20,000 bases of DNA, taken from the IMG/VR virus record IMGVR_UViG_2061766007_003022, one strand, 5' to 3'. The position numbers and the translations under genes are program-made. Source of the stretch: an uncultured virus (IMG/VR IMGVR_UViG_2061766007_003022). Its lineage: Duplodnaviria; Heunggongvirae; Uroviricota; Caudoviricetes. Of the stretch, positions 1 to 10,258 are shown piece by piece (the stretch's first letter is position 1; the number at the start of each line of letters is the position of its first letter). The notes beneath the pieces are model-generated. The model was not told where the DNA came from. It did not search any database and saw only the letters and a list, made by a program, of their open reading frames with translations.

Positions 1-1302
1 GCCAATGTCATCCGGTATATTCTCCGGGTCATCAACCAGCCCAGTCAGCATATCAGGATGGTCAACGAGTGCACCAATCATCTTGAACTTGGAAAATCCC
101 TCGTTATTGCCTTTGGCAAATTTCGGGTCAATTGTCTTCCGGAACCAAGTAACCGCAGGAGACTTGTCAGTGTTACTAATCATTGCGGCAAGTGCAGTGG
201 ACTGCGGGTTTTCCGCACCCATTTCATTGAGCTGATTGACCGCATTGGTTTCACCCCATTCATTCATGTTTACGGCTAAGTTCTTCGTCGCATACTGTCT
301 GAAATTAGTGAGCTTTTCGAGAACACTATTGTACTTGTCGCGGTTTTCGGGAGGTTGCGCATCACGCAACGCACTAATCGCCATGTTAGCATACTTGGGG
401 CTCATTGCCACCATCGCAGCCATCTGACCCATGCTGCTTTCATGCGACACCTTAATCTTCTTTGCAACCTGCTTTACGACATCATTATCGTAAGAATCCC
501 CATAGAACTGGTTAAGTTCATTAATGACCTCCACCACGTCCGGGTTGGTATTCAGGAAGTCAATCAGCTTCTTGGTAAATGCATAGATGGACTTGGTCGA
601 GCCGGTACGGTCAACGACAATGCTGCTGTTGGAAGTGATTGCGTTGATGAACCAATGCTCGAGAATCTGCAGACGTCTCCATGCGTTATCCCGTTCTTCC
701 GGGGTATTTCCACCAGCAGTTTCCGGGGTATATCCGAAGAGCATATTCCAGTTAATCGCACGGTTAAGCTTCGCCGCATCGGCAGCAATTACCGGGTCCG
801 TACTCTGTAGTGCCGGATTGAGCTTGTTCTGACAGGTCAAACTCTCGTTATTGTCAATATCCTCGGACATCTTGTCGGCGTCAGCCATGAATTTCTCTAC
901 CGACTTGGCCGATGAGGCGTCATCCTCGGCCTCACCGCGGCGCTGTCCGACCAGCGAAGTGACAATAGGACCAGTCCTAAGGTCCTCTAGTATGTCTACA
1001 AAATTCTTGTTGGGCCTGGTACCATCCCCGACATATGCTCGGATAAGCTCGAGGTCATTCGCAATGCGGTTGCTTTCGCCCGTTTCGTCGTTAACGCGGT
1101 TCACCAGATTTGCCGCTTCCGGGTCACGCATCACCTCGGGATGCACGAAAGCCATCAAAAGTGCAACGTTACGCGGCAACCTACGGGCATTATACGCACT
1201 TGCGATGGTTTTCATCATGTTATAGGCATCATTGAACTTTCTAAGAATTCGTTCAACATCATATCCGGTCAACCCGTCGCCCTGCTCCAGCATAATATCC
1301 AT
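1..1302 (-). CDS. Hypothetical protein, >434 aa, truncated by the window edge (MDIMLEQGDGLTGYDVERILRKFNDAYN...DDPENIPDDIG)
   Basis: Manually translated frame is open from ATG 1302 to position 1 (missing from the ORF track because it has no stop). AGGGG RBS-like element upstream and TATAAACT box 33 nt upstream. Confidence 0.85.
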   Translation of the reverse strand, partial: MDIMLEQGDGLTGYDVERILRKFNDAYNMMKTIASAYNARRLPRNVALLMAFVHPEVMRDPEAANLVNRVNDETGESNRIANDLELIRAYVGDGTRPNKNFVDILEDLRTGPIVTSLVGQRRGEAEDDASSAKSVEKFMADADKMSEDIDNNESLTCQNKLNPALQSTDPVIAADAAKLNRAINWNMLFGYTPETAGGNTPEERDNAWRRLQILEHWFINAITSNSSIVVDRTGSTKSIYAFTKKLIDFLNTNPDVVEVINELNQFYGDSYDNDVVKQVAKKIKVSHESSMGQMAAMVAMSPKYANMAISALRDAQPPENRDKYNSVLEKLTNFRQYATKNLAVNMNEWGETNAVNQLNEMGAENPQSTALAAMISNTDKSPAVTWFRKTIDPKFAKGNNEGFSKFKMIGALVDHPDMLTGLVDDPENIPDDIG

Positions 1303-1335
1303 CTGGTACCCCTACTAGGTGTATGTTTTGTCGCA

Positions 1336-1343
1336 AGTTTATA
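1336..1343 (-). promoter_or_regulatory. Putative phage promoter box TATAAACT
   Basis: AGTTTATA on + strand, 33 nt upstream of ATG 1302; same motif precedes six other starts. Confidence 0.7.
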
Positions 1344-1354
1344 TCCGTCCGGGC

Positions 1355-1371
1355 TTTTTTTCGGAAAAAAA
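1355..1371. repeat. Inverted repeat TTTTTTTC-G-GAAAAAAA between two divergent promoter boxes
   Basis: Perfect 8-bp arms with a 1-nt spacer, seen directly. Confidence 0.55.
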
Positions 1372-1373
1372 CT

Positions 1374-1381
1374 CATAAACT
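1374..1381 (+). promoter_or_regulatory. Putative phage promoter box CATAAACT
   Basis: 22 nt upstream of ATG 1404; matches nATAAACT. Confidence 0.6.
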
Positions 1382-1403
1382 GCGGTCATAACGGGGTATC
1401 GAC

Positions 1404-3087
1404 ATGAAGTTCGTACAAGATGTAATAAAACTGGCGATGGCCAAGGGGAAGCCCGGCATAGACTCGCTAACCAAACTTGAGCTGCTGGTTGCCCTTGCTG
1501 CAGCGTCCGAAACCAACCTGGCAAGATATAGTGGAGCCATCTTCGACCTCGTTACAATGTCGAAGCAGCCGGCATTTACCGGTCCGCTCGCCAATCCAGC
1601 CACGGCGGATAGGGTATGGAACACCATAGATACTATTCCAGAAGACCCGAAATACTATGCGGGGCAAAACTTTGCTAAACTGGTCGACATACTAAACAAC
1701 AGCGCCGTAGGCCTTATCAACCGGGTAATCAGGAAGCCGGCCTTGGGTGACGCCACGGGCGCATCAAGCGGTCTCAAGCCTGAATTCGGCGGGGAAATCC
1801 CGATAAGCAGCACCCATCCGATAAAGCAGGACTTCATGCCCCTGCTGGCACAAGTCACCGAATTCATGTGTCTAGAGATTCTGTCTCAGCAACAACAGCA
1901 GCAGCAACAGCANNNNNNNNNNNNNNNNNNNNNNNNNNNNNNNNNNNNNNNNNNNNNNNNNNNNNNNNNNNNNNNNNNNNNNNNNNNNNNNNNNNNNNNN
2001 NNNNNNNNNNNNNNNNNNNNNNNNNNNNNNNNNNNNNNNNNNNNNNNNNNNNNNNNNNNNNNNNNNNNNNNNNNNNNNNNNNNNNNNNNNNNNNNNNNNN
2101 NNNNNNNNNNNNNNNNNNNNNNNNNNNNNNNNNNNNNNNNNNNNNNNNNNNNNNATCGCCACTCCCCCTCCCCTCCTCGTTGACCCCACCGACGGACTCC
2201 CGGACGGTACTAGGGCCGCCCTGAAGGGCATGTGTGTGAGCGATGCCCAGCTCCAGGAGGCAATGGACTACCTCAACAATACCCCCGGCAACCTCTTCGC
2301 ATCTTACTTAGTGACATACCACCCGGTACTGACCGAGCGGGCCATCGCCAACCTCCTGGACGGACATACCACCGAAGGTACGCACAAGCACTACATGCCC
2401 AAGCCTCAGGTAAACAAGGTCATGATACCCCCGGCCTTCAAGATGGACCAGTCCCCTGCCATATGGAGCCGCGCTGTAATCACCTCACTCGGCTACCCTT
2501 TCATCAACTTCACCTGCCCGTCCGTCCTAGAACTCCTCCGTGGCACCGACCCGGCCAGGATTCGTGACGCCTACAAGCGTGTGAAGAAGATGTTCAAGCA
2601 GTGCGGCCTGAAGAAGCCCGTGGCGACCCTGCAGGAGTTCGCCCACGCGTCATACCGCAACTGCACGTTGAACGCCCTGGTCGTCGACGCGAACGAACTG
2701 TACAGCGCCGGAGCGGAGACCACCGTCACCGCACAGGTAGTGGAGCCCTACAGCAAGAACCTGACCACCAAGGGCAGTCTGGCAGTCCCCGTCAGCTTCC
2801 TCACCACGTTCTACGGAGTGCTCTCCCCGGTAGCCGCCGCGAACCAGTACGCCGCGCTATCCGGAAAGACCATCGACGAGTACAGGAACGACCTGGCCGC
2901 CACCGGGATGCCCCCGGTATACATCCTGAACCCACGGAAGGTACCGTTCCGCAGGGGCCCGAAGGGGAGCCTGTTCCACCGCCTGTTCAGCAACAAGGTG
3001 GCGCCGGTACTCGTCCGGGCGAAGGTCAGCACACACGACGGCGGATTCCTCATCCCCGAAAAGGACGCCGACAAGCTCCTCACATAG
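1404..3087 (+). CDS. Hypothetical protein (~560 aa) with a poly-Gln/Pro-rich linker spanning N-gap 1913-2154
   Basis: The ORF from ATG 1404 (GGGG RBS) enters the gap in poly-Q. The frame of ORF 2230-3087 is open right back to the gap edge (2155: IATPPPLLVDPTDGLPDGTRAALKGM...). Probably one gene with an inexact gap length; two genes cannot be excluded. Confidence 0.65.
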
Positions 3088-3108
3088 TAAGAATACATGG
3101 AATATCAT

Positions 3109-3139
3109 GGAGGCCACCGGGAAGCACCCGGTGGCTTCC
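3109..3139 (+). terminator. GC-rich hairpin after gene 1404-3087 (GGAGGCCACCGGG-aagca-CCCGGTGGCTTCC)
   Basis: 13-bp stem with one G-U pair, 21 nt after the stop and just before the next promoter box. It has no good U-tail, so it may instead be a processing or stability hairpin. Confidence 0.55.
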
Positions 3140-3141
3140 GG

Positions 3142-3149
3142 TATAAACT
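3142..3149 (+). promoter_or_regulatory. Putative phage promoter box TATAAACT
   Basis: 27 nt upstream of ATG 3177, with a GAGG RBS in between. Confidence 0.7.
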
Positions 3150-3176
3150 ACGGAAGATAAAATCGAGGAACTTTCC

Positions 3177-5235
3177 ATGTCCTATATCTGGGAAAAACCA
3201 AATCTCGGCAATAACCTCTACGAAATGGCATTCAACCAGCGCAAGGCCCTGCTGGAAGCAGATGCCGATAAAAAAGACGACGCTACTGCAGGTACCGGTA
3301 CTGCTGGAGAAGGTGCCGATGCAAGTGCCGGTGCGGGTGCTGGAGAAGGCGCTGGAGCTGGTGCTGGAGAAGGTGCAGGTGCGGGTGCGGGAGAAGGTAC
3401 TGGAGAAGGTGCCGGTGCGGGTGCTGAAGGCGGCACCGGTGGTGAAGAAGGGTCTGGCACTGGAGGCGGCACAGATGGTGAAGACTCAGCACTTGGCGGC
3501 CACATGGAATTAGATGAGGAAGGTACTCGACAACTTGCCGAGGAAGAGAAGGCTGCAAAAGAGGCCGAAAAAGCAAAGTCGGCCGAAGGCAAGAAAGAAT
3601 TCGCTGCAGAAATCCTTGATTCTATGAGTTATCCGGACCCAATCAAGGAAAAACTGGGCCAGTTTGTCAACAACATAATCGAAGGGAACGATTTTAACGG
3701 AGAAACGCCTAAGTCAGAAGAACGTGCTGCGTTCATAACGAAATTCAACAACGCATTGGCTAAAGAAAATAAAGAGTTCTTTGCCGCTTTCCTGAAAAAA
3801 TATGGTGACACACTGAATGAAAGAATGTTCGGCGATGTACTCAAGGAAATCAAGAAAGTCAACTGCGACGACGAATTGAAGAAGAAGATTTATTTGGCCA
3901 TCGCGAACCTCTATAGCGGCAAATGGTGCGACGGTACCCCCCTTGGCGAGGTTTCCGACCAAATCAAAGGCATTTCCCAGAGAGCGATAGCCAGGTTGCA
4001 ATCCAAGCAAAGCGACCAGATTGGTGCACAGGTGACCGCTCTAGCGCAGAACATATCCAACGGACGAATCCAGGTCGACAGCGGAAGCGATTCCAAGGAC
4101 AACATCAAGGTCGACGATAAGAACGAGGGTCTCTACCGCAAGGAGGCCCAGTCCGAGAAGGTGAAGGGCAGCATCGAGATGCCGGCACTGTTCGAGTCCG
4201 AGCCGGACGACTCCATGTGGCAGGACATCGTGGTGACCGCATTCGGCATCCCGATGATTAACATGGGCAACCCGGTATCCAAGAAGGTCCTCTCTTCCGA
4301 AAACCCCGAGGAGGAGTGCCCGGGCGACCTCAAGCAGTTCAAGAAGGCCGTCTACAGCGACCCGCGCCTCCAGAACGTGTTCGGCAAGGGCGGTTTCGAG
4401 CGGGTCATTGCAGGAAAGCTCATCAACCTCCTGACTCTCGGCGTTGCCGCCGCCACCACTGATGCCGGCAAGCGTGCCGACCGTATCATCAAGGAACTCA
4501 AGGAGAAGGGCGGCATGACCACCCACCGCAACCTCCTCATGGTCAACTACGAGGACATCATCGACGTCGACCCGGACAACGAGGAAATCACCGTGACCGC
4601 CAAGGCATACAACCGCTCCCGCGGAGACTTTGTCGGAGAAATCGAGGTTCCCGCCGTCATGCTGGCCGAGTTCTACAGTGCGGTCGACCCAATCAAGAGC
4701 CCGAAAATCTACATGGAGATGTACAACAAGGACGACGTCATGAAGGAGAAGCTGGAAAACGCCGGTGCCGAAGCAGATGCAGCAGGCGCAGGTGAAGGAG
4801 AAGGCTCCGCCGACGCTAAGGAAGACCCGAGCAAGATGAAGGACTTCGACAAGCTGGAAAGCAGGCACGCCGTTCCCGGACGCCCGATGTACGAGTCCTT
4901 CGCACTGGCTGGGNNNNNNNNNNNNNNNNNNNNNNNNNNNNNNNNNNNNNGGCGACAACGAGGACAGCAACAAGGTGTCCAAGATAAAGAAGAACGACGG
5001 AAGCGAGTTCGCCAAGATGAAGGAGAACTACATCAAGATGCTCTCCGCCGAAGGACACCCGCCGGCATACGTCCTCAAGCCGAAGAGCGCCAACAAGGAA
5101 GTCGTCGTCGTTTCCAAGAGCAGCACCGGCCAGTTCCAGAAGGGCAAGGTCCTCATGGTCACGATGAAAATCGGCGACAACCAGGCCGCAGCGTTCATGA
5201 CCCCAAAGGAGTGCAAGCAGTACTTCGCACTGTAG
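3177..5235 (+). CDS. Large acidic hypothetical protein (~685 aa) with a Gly/Ala/Glu low-complexity tract; candidate virion-internal protein
   Basis: Open from ATG 3177 to gap 4914-4950. After the gap the codon-biased frame is GDNEDSNKVSKIKK...KQYFAL* ending at TAG 5235, not the R/Q-rich frame given in the ORF track. Confidence 0.8.
3282..3485 (+). repeat. Degenerate tandem coding repeat (GAGAGEGA)n
   Basis: Repeating GGTGC(G/T)GG.../GGAGAAGG units encoding AGTGTAGEGADASAGAGAGEGAGAGAGEGAGAGAGEGTGEG... Confidence 0.85.
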
Positions 5236-5239
5236 TACC

Positions 5240-6265
5240 ATGAGGCTGGATACCTTCATAAGAAACAGCAAGGCCATGCTGGAGAACAACATGGCCTTCT
5301 TCTCGAAGAGGACGGACGGCGGACGCAAGCTCCGGGCAAAGGAGCTTACCCGCCGATTCATCAAGGTATCCCGGAACCCCCAGGGACAGGCAGTCACCGA
5401 ATGGAAAGTCCCCTCGGCATCCGAACCAGGCAAGGAATACGACTGCTACATCTCGGTCGAACCCAAGCAGGGGACACTCTTCACAATCGCCCATTCCAAG
5501 GGGAACCTCAAGACCCGCGTGCAGCTAATCAAGGACGCCGACGTCCGCTGCTTCTGTACCTGCCCGGACTTCAACTGGAGTGGCATGAAGTACAACATGA
5601 AGCACCGCTTCGACGGGTACGAGGACGGCCACACGTCCGTGGACGGAGTGCCGGACGGCTCGGACATCAGGCCAAAAGTAAGGGACCCGAAGGGAAGGCG
5701 CACGGTATGCAAGCACCTGCTCAACTGCTTCACCGGCATGCTGACATCGGCGCAGATTATCATGAAGGCCGCACGCACGGCCAAGTTCCCTCAGGAATAC
5801 ACCAAGGAGCCAGAGGACATCCAGGTTCTCAACCGGGAATCCGACAAGGAAGCCACACCCGGCGAGATTAAACCCATGAACGGAGGCCAGAAGAAGGACT
5901 CGACCAGCGGGGAAATCAAGGCGAACAACACCGGTACCGACAAGAAGCCACTGGCAGACTACCCCAAGGAGGAAGAGGCCATAAAGGTCCTCGGCGAGTC
6001 AGCCCCGGTCAAGCTCCCGGAGGCCCAGGCGGCCCTCGACGCGCTCGCCGGTACTCTCGGGGAGCCGGACGCTGGTGTACAGGAGGACTCCGGGGAGATT
6101 ACAGCAATAGGACAGGGAGACTCCGGGGAGGCACCGGGAGGTGAAGAAATTTCAATGTTCAACGGGGATTCCTCGCCCGACCTGTCCGACCCGCTCACCG
6201 GGATAGAGGACGCCTCGAAGCTGCCAATGTTCAACCCGGACGACGAAGACGAGGAAAATACATAG
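5240..6265 (+). CDS. SWIM-type zinc-finger protein with an acidic, disordered C-terminus
   Basis: 341-aa ORF. DVRCFCTCPDF...RDPKGRRTVCKHL fits the SWIM CxC-xn-CxH signature. Starts 4 nt after the upstream stop. Confidence 0.8.
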   Translation: MRLDTFIRNSKAMLENNMAFFSKRTDGGRKLRAKELTRRFIKVSRNPQGQAVTEWKVPSASEPGKEYDCYISVEPKQGTLFTIAHSKGNLKTRVQLIKDADVRCFCTCPDFNWSGMKYNMKHRFDGYEDGHTSVDGVPDGSDIRPKVRDPKGRRTVCKHLLNCFTGMLTSAQIIMKAARTAKFPQEYTKEPEDIQVLNRESDKEATPGEIKPMNGGQKKDSTSGEIKANNTGTDKKPLADYPKEEEAIKVLGESAPVKLPEAQAALDALAGTLGEPDAGVQEDSGEITAIGQGDSGEAPGGEEISMFNGDSSPDLSDPLTGIEDASKLPMFNPDDEDEENT

Positions 6266-6291
6266 TTTCCTGTCCGTAAAAGGACAGAATC

Positions 6292-6966
6292 ATGGCAATT
6301 ATCGTTGTAGGCTCGACCAAGAACATGTTCCCCGAGATGGACGAGGGGAGAGAGAAATTCCTCATAGACGTTCCCCACAAGGGGGAGAACATCGACCGTC
6401 TTAACCCGTGGTACTGCGAGCTCACCGGCCTCTACTACCTGTGGAAGAACTCGTCGGCCTACTATGTCGGGCTGGAGCACTACCGGAGGTTCTTCGCTTC
6501 AATCAAACGGGAAAAATCCAGGATGGACATAGCCGAGGCCCAGGATATCCTGAATGAGCATGACATGATTGTCACCGAATACTTCCACGGTCCAAAGTAT
6601 ACCGCGCTCGACTGGTTCAAGGACTCCAAGTACATCTACCATCTCGACAAGTTCGTCGACGTGCTCAGTGACGAGGACAAGTCGGGCTTCAAGGAATACA
6701 TTACCAGGCACTCGCTCATCCAGTGCAACATGTTCATCGGGAAGCGACCGGTAATGGACCGGTGGTGCCGGTTCATATTCGAGTTGCTTTCCAAATACGA
6801 CGCACACTGGGCTCCCAGCGAGAAGAACCGGCGCATGGACGGGTACTTCGCCGAGCACATCTTCGGCTACTGGCTGGAAAAGGAAAGGGTGCCCATATTC
6901 AAGGCACCCAAGGTGGAAATCGACTATGTAGTCAGGGGCGGCATCGTCCCGGTACACAAGGCCTAG
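6292..6966 (+). CDS. DUF4422-family protein (putative glycosyltransferase, WbbM N-terminal/GT111-like)
   Basis: GENIDRLNPWYCELTGLYYLWKN...YVGLEHYRRFF, CNMFI and RMDGYFAEHIFGYW match DUF4422 motifs (GDNISxxNxxYCELTxxYWxWKN, GLxHYRR, NMFI, RxxGFxxER). AAGGA RBS. Confidence 0.85.
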   Translation: MAIIVVGSTKNMFPEMDEGREKFLIDVPHKGENIDRLNPWYCELTGLYYLWKNSSAYYVGLEHYRRFFASIKREKSRMDIAEAQDILNEHDMIVTEYFHGPKYTALDWFKDSKYIYHLDKFVDVLSDEDKSGFKEYITRHSLIQCNMFIGKRPVMDRWCRFIFELLSKYDAHWAPSEKNRRMDGYFAEHIFGYWLEKERVPIFKAPKVEIDYVVRGGIVPVHKA

Positions 6967-8351
6967 TGGGCGGAGTGTACCAGCTTGATGGCAAGCGCGT
7001 CATCCGGGCTGAACAGTCTGTCATTGTCGGCAATGAACTTGATTTCATTGTCAACTACAACATACCGGCCGGCCACGTTTCCATTCGCATCGCCATACCA
7101 TCCGCAGCATTTAGTCCTGTAGAGCGGAGCCATTTTACCCTGCTTTCCGGTAGGGGAGAATCCGATACCGAGCCGCTGGATGTTTTCGGGAGTCCCAAGA
7201 TTCTTGAGTTCAGACATCGTAGGAAGACGCCAACCGCTTTCCCTTATAGAATCGATATACTGCTGAGCCTGCGTCATATTAAACACGGTGACGCCGGCCG
7301 ATGATTTAGTGACATCATTGGCACTTGCATAACCCTTCATCCACCACAGGCCATTGGCCGCGCTGTACGAAATGTTACCGAGCGCACCCTCGCTTACCTT
7401 ACCGGTATGCCGAGCAATCACGTCACGGTTAGCAAACAGTTTTTTCCTGATGGATTCAGCCTTATCCCTAGGCATCTTTTCAAGAAGGTTATTGATGAGA
7501 ACACGGTGCCCTTCAATGAAACTCGACGCAAACTTTGACCACCCGGATATATCCGAAAGTTCCAGCAATAGCATTACGCCATCTTCCGTAGTGGCCAGCG
7601 ACTCCACATATTCCGGAGTAAAGTACTTTTCACAGAGAGCGTTAATGTTTCGTCCATTTCCGGACAATGCAACTATATTAAACAAGGCAATAGACGGCCT
7701 TGCAGCAAACAGGGCTGCCAGTTCGGCATCGCTGACTACCTCGCCTACATCATCCTGGTTCCCAGTCACTTTCCTATAATATTTATCTACATTGAATAAC
7801 CGTGGAACTATCCTATTCAATGCAATGTCATGATAAGCTTCTATGCAGTTTCCAAGGATGTTCTTTCCGGTAACCAGTACAGAAACAAATTTCGCCCACA
7901 CATCAGCCAGTTTTTCCTCATACGCGATTGATAGCATCAAGACCAGTCCAATTTGGAAGTCAAGTGTATCTCCATCCAGTATTCCACCCGGTTCAAGGTA
8001 TAATTTAGTTGCCAATTCAGTATATCCAGCATCATACAGGTCCATTGCACTATACATGACGAAATCTGTCATTTTGGACCCGTCTGTAAGTACACCATGT
8101 GACCAATCGGCAATATTCTCAGCAAGGGTCTCGCGGACAAGACTAATTTGCGGAGACATATATTGCTCGATAAACACAGCCAAGTCTTTAATGTCATCTT
8201 CGTTGGCCCTAGCTATTCCCTCGTGAAGCATTATGGCAGACAGGGGACGACTGAATAACACTACATTGATGAGGTCTTTTATTCGTTTCCCCATGGGAGA
8301 TTCCGGCTTGGTCTTATTAACTTCAGTCAGAATATCGGGAGAAGTAGCCAT
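6963..8351 (-). CDS. Hypothetical protein (462 aa) with a C-terminal FISUMP (Fib_succ_major)/C-type-lectin-like domain
   Basis: Long ORF. The last ~135 aa carry WWM...F.M..A...GWRLPTMSELKNL...GFSPTG...WY...AIKLV, the motif order of FISUMP/DUF1566 domains. The start is next to gap 8361-8392, so it could extend upstream. Confidence 0.7.
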   Translation of the reverse strand: MATSPDILTEVNKTKPESPMGKRIKDLINVVLFSRPLSAIMLHEGIARANEDDIKDLAVFIEQYMSPQISLVRETLAENIADWSHGVLTDGSKMTDFVMYSAMDLYDAGYTELATKLYLEPGGILDGDTLDFQIGLVLMLSIAYEEKLADVWAKFVSVLVTGKNILGNCIEAYHDIALNRIVPRLFNVDKYYRKVTGNQDDVGEVVSDAELAALFAARPSIALFNIVALSGNGRNINALCEKYFTPEYVESLATTEDGVMLLLELSDISGWSKFASSFIEGHRVLINNLLEKMPRDKAESIRKKLFANRDVIARHTGKVSEGALGNISYSAANGLWWMKGYASANDVTKSSAGVTVFNMTQAQQYIDSIRESGWRLPTMSELKNLGTPENIQRLGIGFSPTGKQGKMAPLYRTKCCGWYGDANGNVAGRYVVVDNEIKFIADNDRLFSPDDALAIKLVHSAH

Positions 8352-8392
8352 AATGGCAAGNNNNNNNNNNNNNNNNNNNNNNNNNNNNNNNN

Positions 8393-10129
8393 ATCTCGAT
8401 ATTTAAGCAACTCCCTTATATACTGACGCGGTGTCATGTCAGTTAGTGATTCATTATTTTCTCTATACGCCCCTACGTGGTATCTCCTCCTATTATCGCC
8501 GGCCGTGAACCCCGGAATACGGAATCTGAATGTTTTAATGCAATTATAGAAAGAGTCATTATCAAGCCCGGCATCTACGATTTCACGCAATACCCTGGGG
8601 GTAATCCACTTGCGCACGTCATCAAACAGGGTACCACGATTATTAGGACTGATAGCATCAACAGAGTTCGCCAGATATCCCATTACGTTAACCATTTTTC
8701 GCGGGTCCCTGTTAGCAGACCTAAATACGTCCCGCATTATTTCCGGAGCAATCGGAATATATATTCTTTCACCCCGAACCTCTTCACCGTCTTCCCATAA
8801 CGCAGAAGTTAAATCGAAGATTCCACGACGATAAAAGTTCGCCTGAATAGCAGGACTATACATATATCGTACGCCTTCGCCCTGAGTAATTGGATTACGG
8901 TGTTCACCTTGCTTGCCAACAATGCAATCTATTGTATTATCATTAAGCAAGCTAGACATACCAACACAGGCTAAAAAGAACGGAAAATTTCTAAAATGTT
9001 TCTTGATTTCAATAATCTCATCCGGGCCTATTAGGTCGCCCAGCATTGTATTAACCTGGTCCCGTTGTTCCTGATAATCAATACCATCTCGTTCAACGTA
9101 TTCCGGTATTTGAATTAAGCTTCGTAAGCTCTGCTCATCCAGTTTCCCCGAGTCATATTCAGATACCATAAAGTGGAGCAACTTCATATCATTCTGTGTA
9201 GGAATACTAGCCGACCTTACTATCGCATCGTATATATCACGCTTGTTTCGTAAAATGCTTATCAAATCAGCTATATTTGAATATGTATATAGAGAATCGG
9301 CATCGTCATCGGACATCATCCTTGCATTCATATCGGTGGTCGAATATTCATCAACCGGTCCATTAGCAAGGTAATCACTAATCGCCCGATATCCTGCTAC
9401 TTTATTATCTGCTATTTGAGACACAGTTTGGACTTTATGAGTATCATCAGCATCTACATATATATAGGCAAGTGGTTCATTATCTTTGACTAATACAATA
9501 GTATCCGGTCTATCATAAACCCGGGCAACTACTCCATCCCGGGATATATACAGCGTATTGTCGTCAGTTTCCGGGATAGTCGGAATATATCTATCAATAT
9601 TATCTCCTGTAGTGGAAAAATGGTTTCTCCTGGATAGCAAATTAGTTAGCTGCACATCAAGTCGCTTAGCGAGTTCGTCAGCCACATGACGTTCAATATT
9701 TTCATTTGACAACCATTGATGACCGCGTTCGGCTACGGTTTGTACTGTGTTTACCAGAATAGTGGTCCTAAGATTATACTTATAATTCATGAACGTAGGA
9801 GACTTGATAAATTCCGGGTATTGGGACAGTCCCGTACCGGCAATTGCGTCCTCCACAACCTTGGTAGCGAAATCCATTATTTTCGGGAACCACTCAATGG
9901 TATTCAGCTTCTTTGATACCATTTTCGGCTTAAGCTCGCCATCGACCACGCAATCACTGATATCTACCTTCAGAAGTTCAGCCAACTTGTCCCAGGGTAT
10001 CGGTCGGGTGGCAACGGCTGCAGGAGCGGTGGCCTCAAACAGCAACCGGTAGCATGACTCAACTAGAGCTAGCATTGACGGTGAGACGCCTTCAGTAACC
10101 AGTGATGCGTAATCGGCAGTATCCAGCAT
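8393..10129 (-). CDS. Hypothetical protein (>=579 aa); 3' end falls in N-gap 8361-8392
   Basis: Long AT-rich ORF from ATG 10129 with a GATAAACT box 30 nt upstream; N-terminal LVTEG/LVES/LFEA motifs. Confidence 0.85.
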
Positions 10130-10159
10130 ATGCTTGACCGTTTTCTTTCCTTTTCATTC

Positions 10160-10175
10160 AGTTTATCGGTTTATC
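10160..10175 (-). promoter_or_regulatory. Tandem promoter boxes GATAAACC-GATAAACT
   Basis: The 14-mer AGTTTATCGGTTTA (10160-10173) recurs identically at 17439-17452; both lie 30-32 nt upstream of an ATG. Confidence 0.75.
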
Positions 10176-10221
10176 CACATAAAATTCACTTCATTTAATG
10201 ATATTTCCTCTAGTTTCAAGA

Positions 10222-10229
10222 TATAAACT
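10222..10229 (+). promoter_or_regulatory. Putative phage promoter box TATAAACT
   Basis: 29 nt upstream of ATG 10259 with a GAGG RBS; divergent partner of the 10160 box. Confidence 0.7.
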
Positions 10230-10258
10230 CCCATTGTCAGACAATAGAGGGTTTCCGA

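Noticed and set aside
697..731. 11-bp direct repeat TTCCGGGGTAT, 24 nt apart
   Set aside because: Explained by the short peptide repeat (Y/N)TPE in the minus-strand gene.
6963..6966. Convergent genes sharing a CTAG overlapping stop
   Set aside because: Real, but a common compact arrangement with no further signal.
6963..7100. Diversity-generating retroelement variable repeat
   Set aside because: No template repeat or reverse transcriptase in the window.
8327..8392. Fusion of genes 8393-10129 and 6963-8351
   Set aside because: Cannot be resolved across the gap; the downstream ORF has its own ATG and an N-terminal ILTE motif, so they are kept separate.
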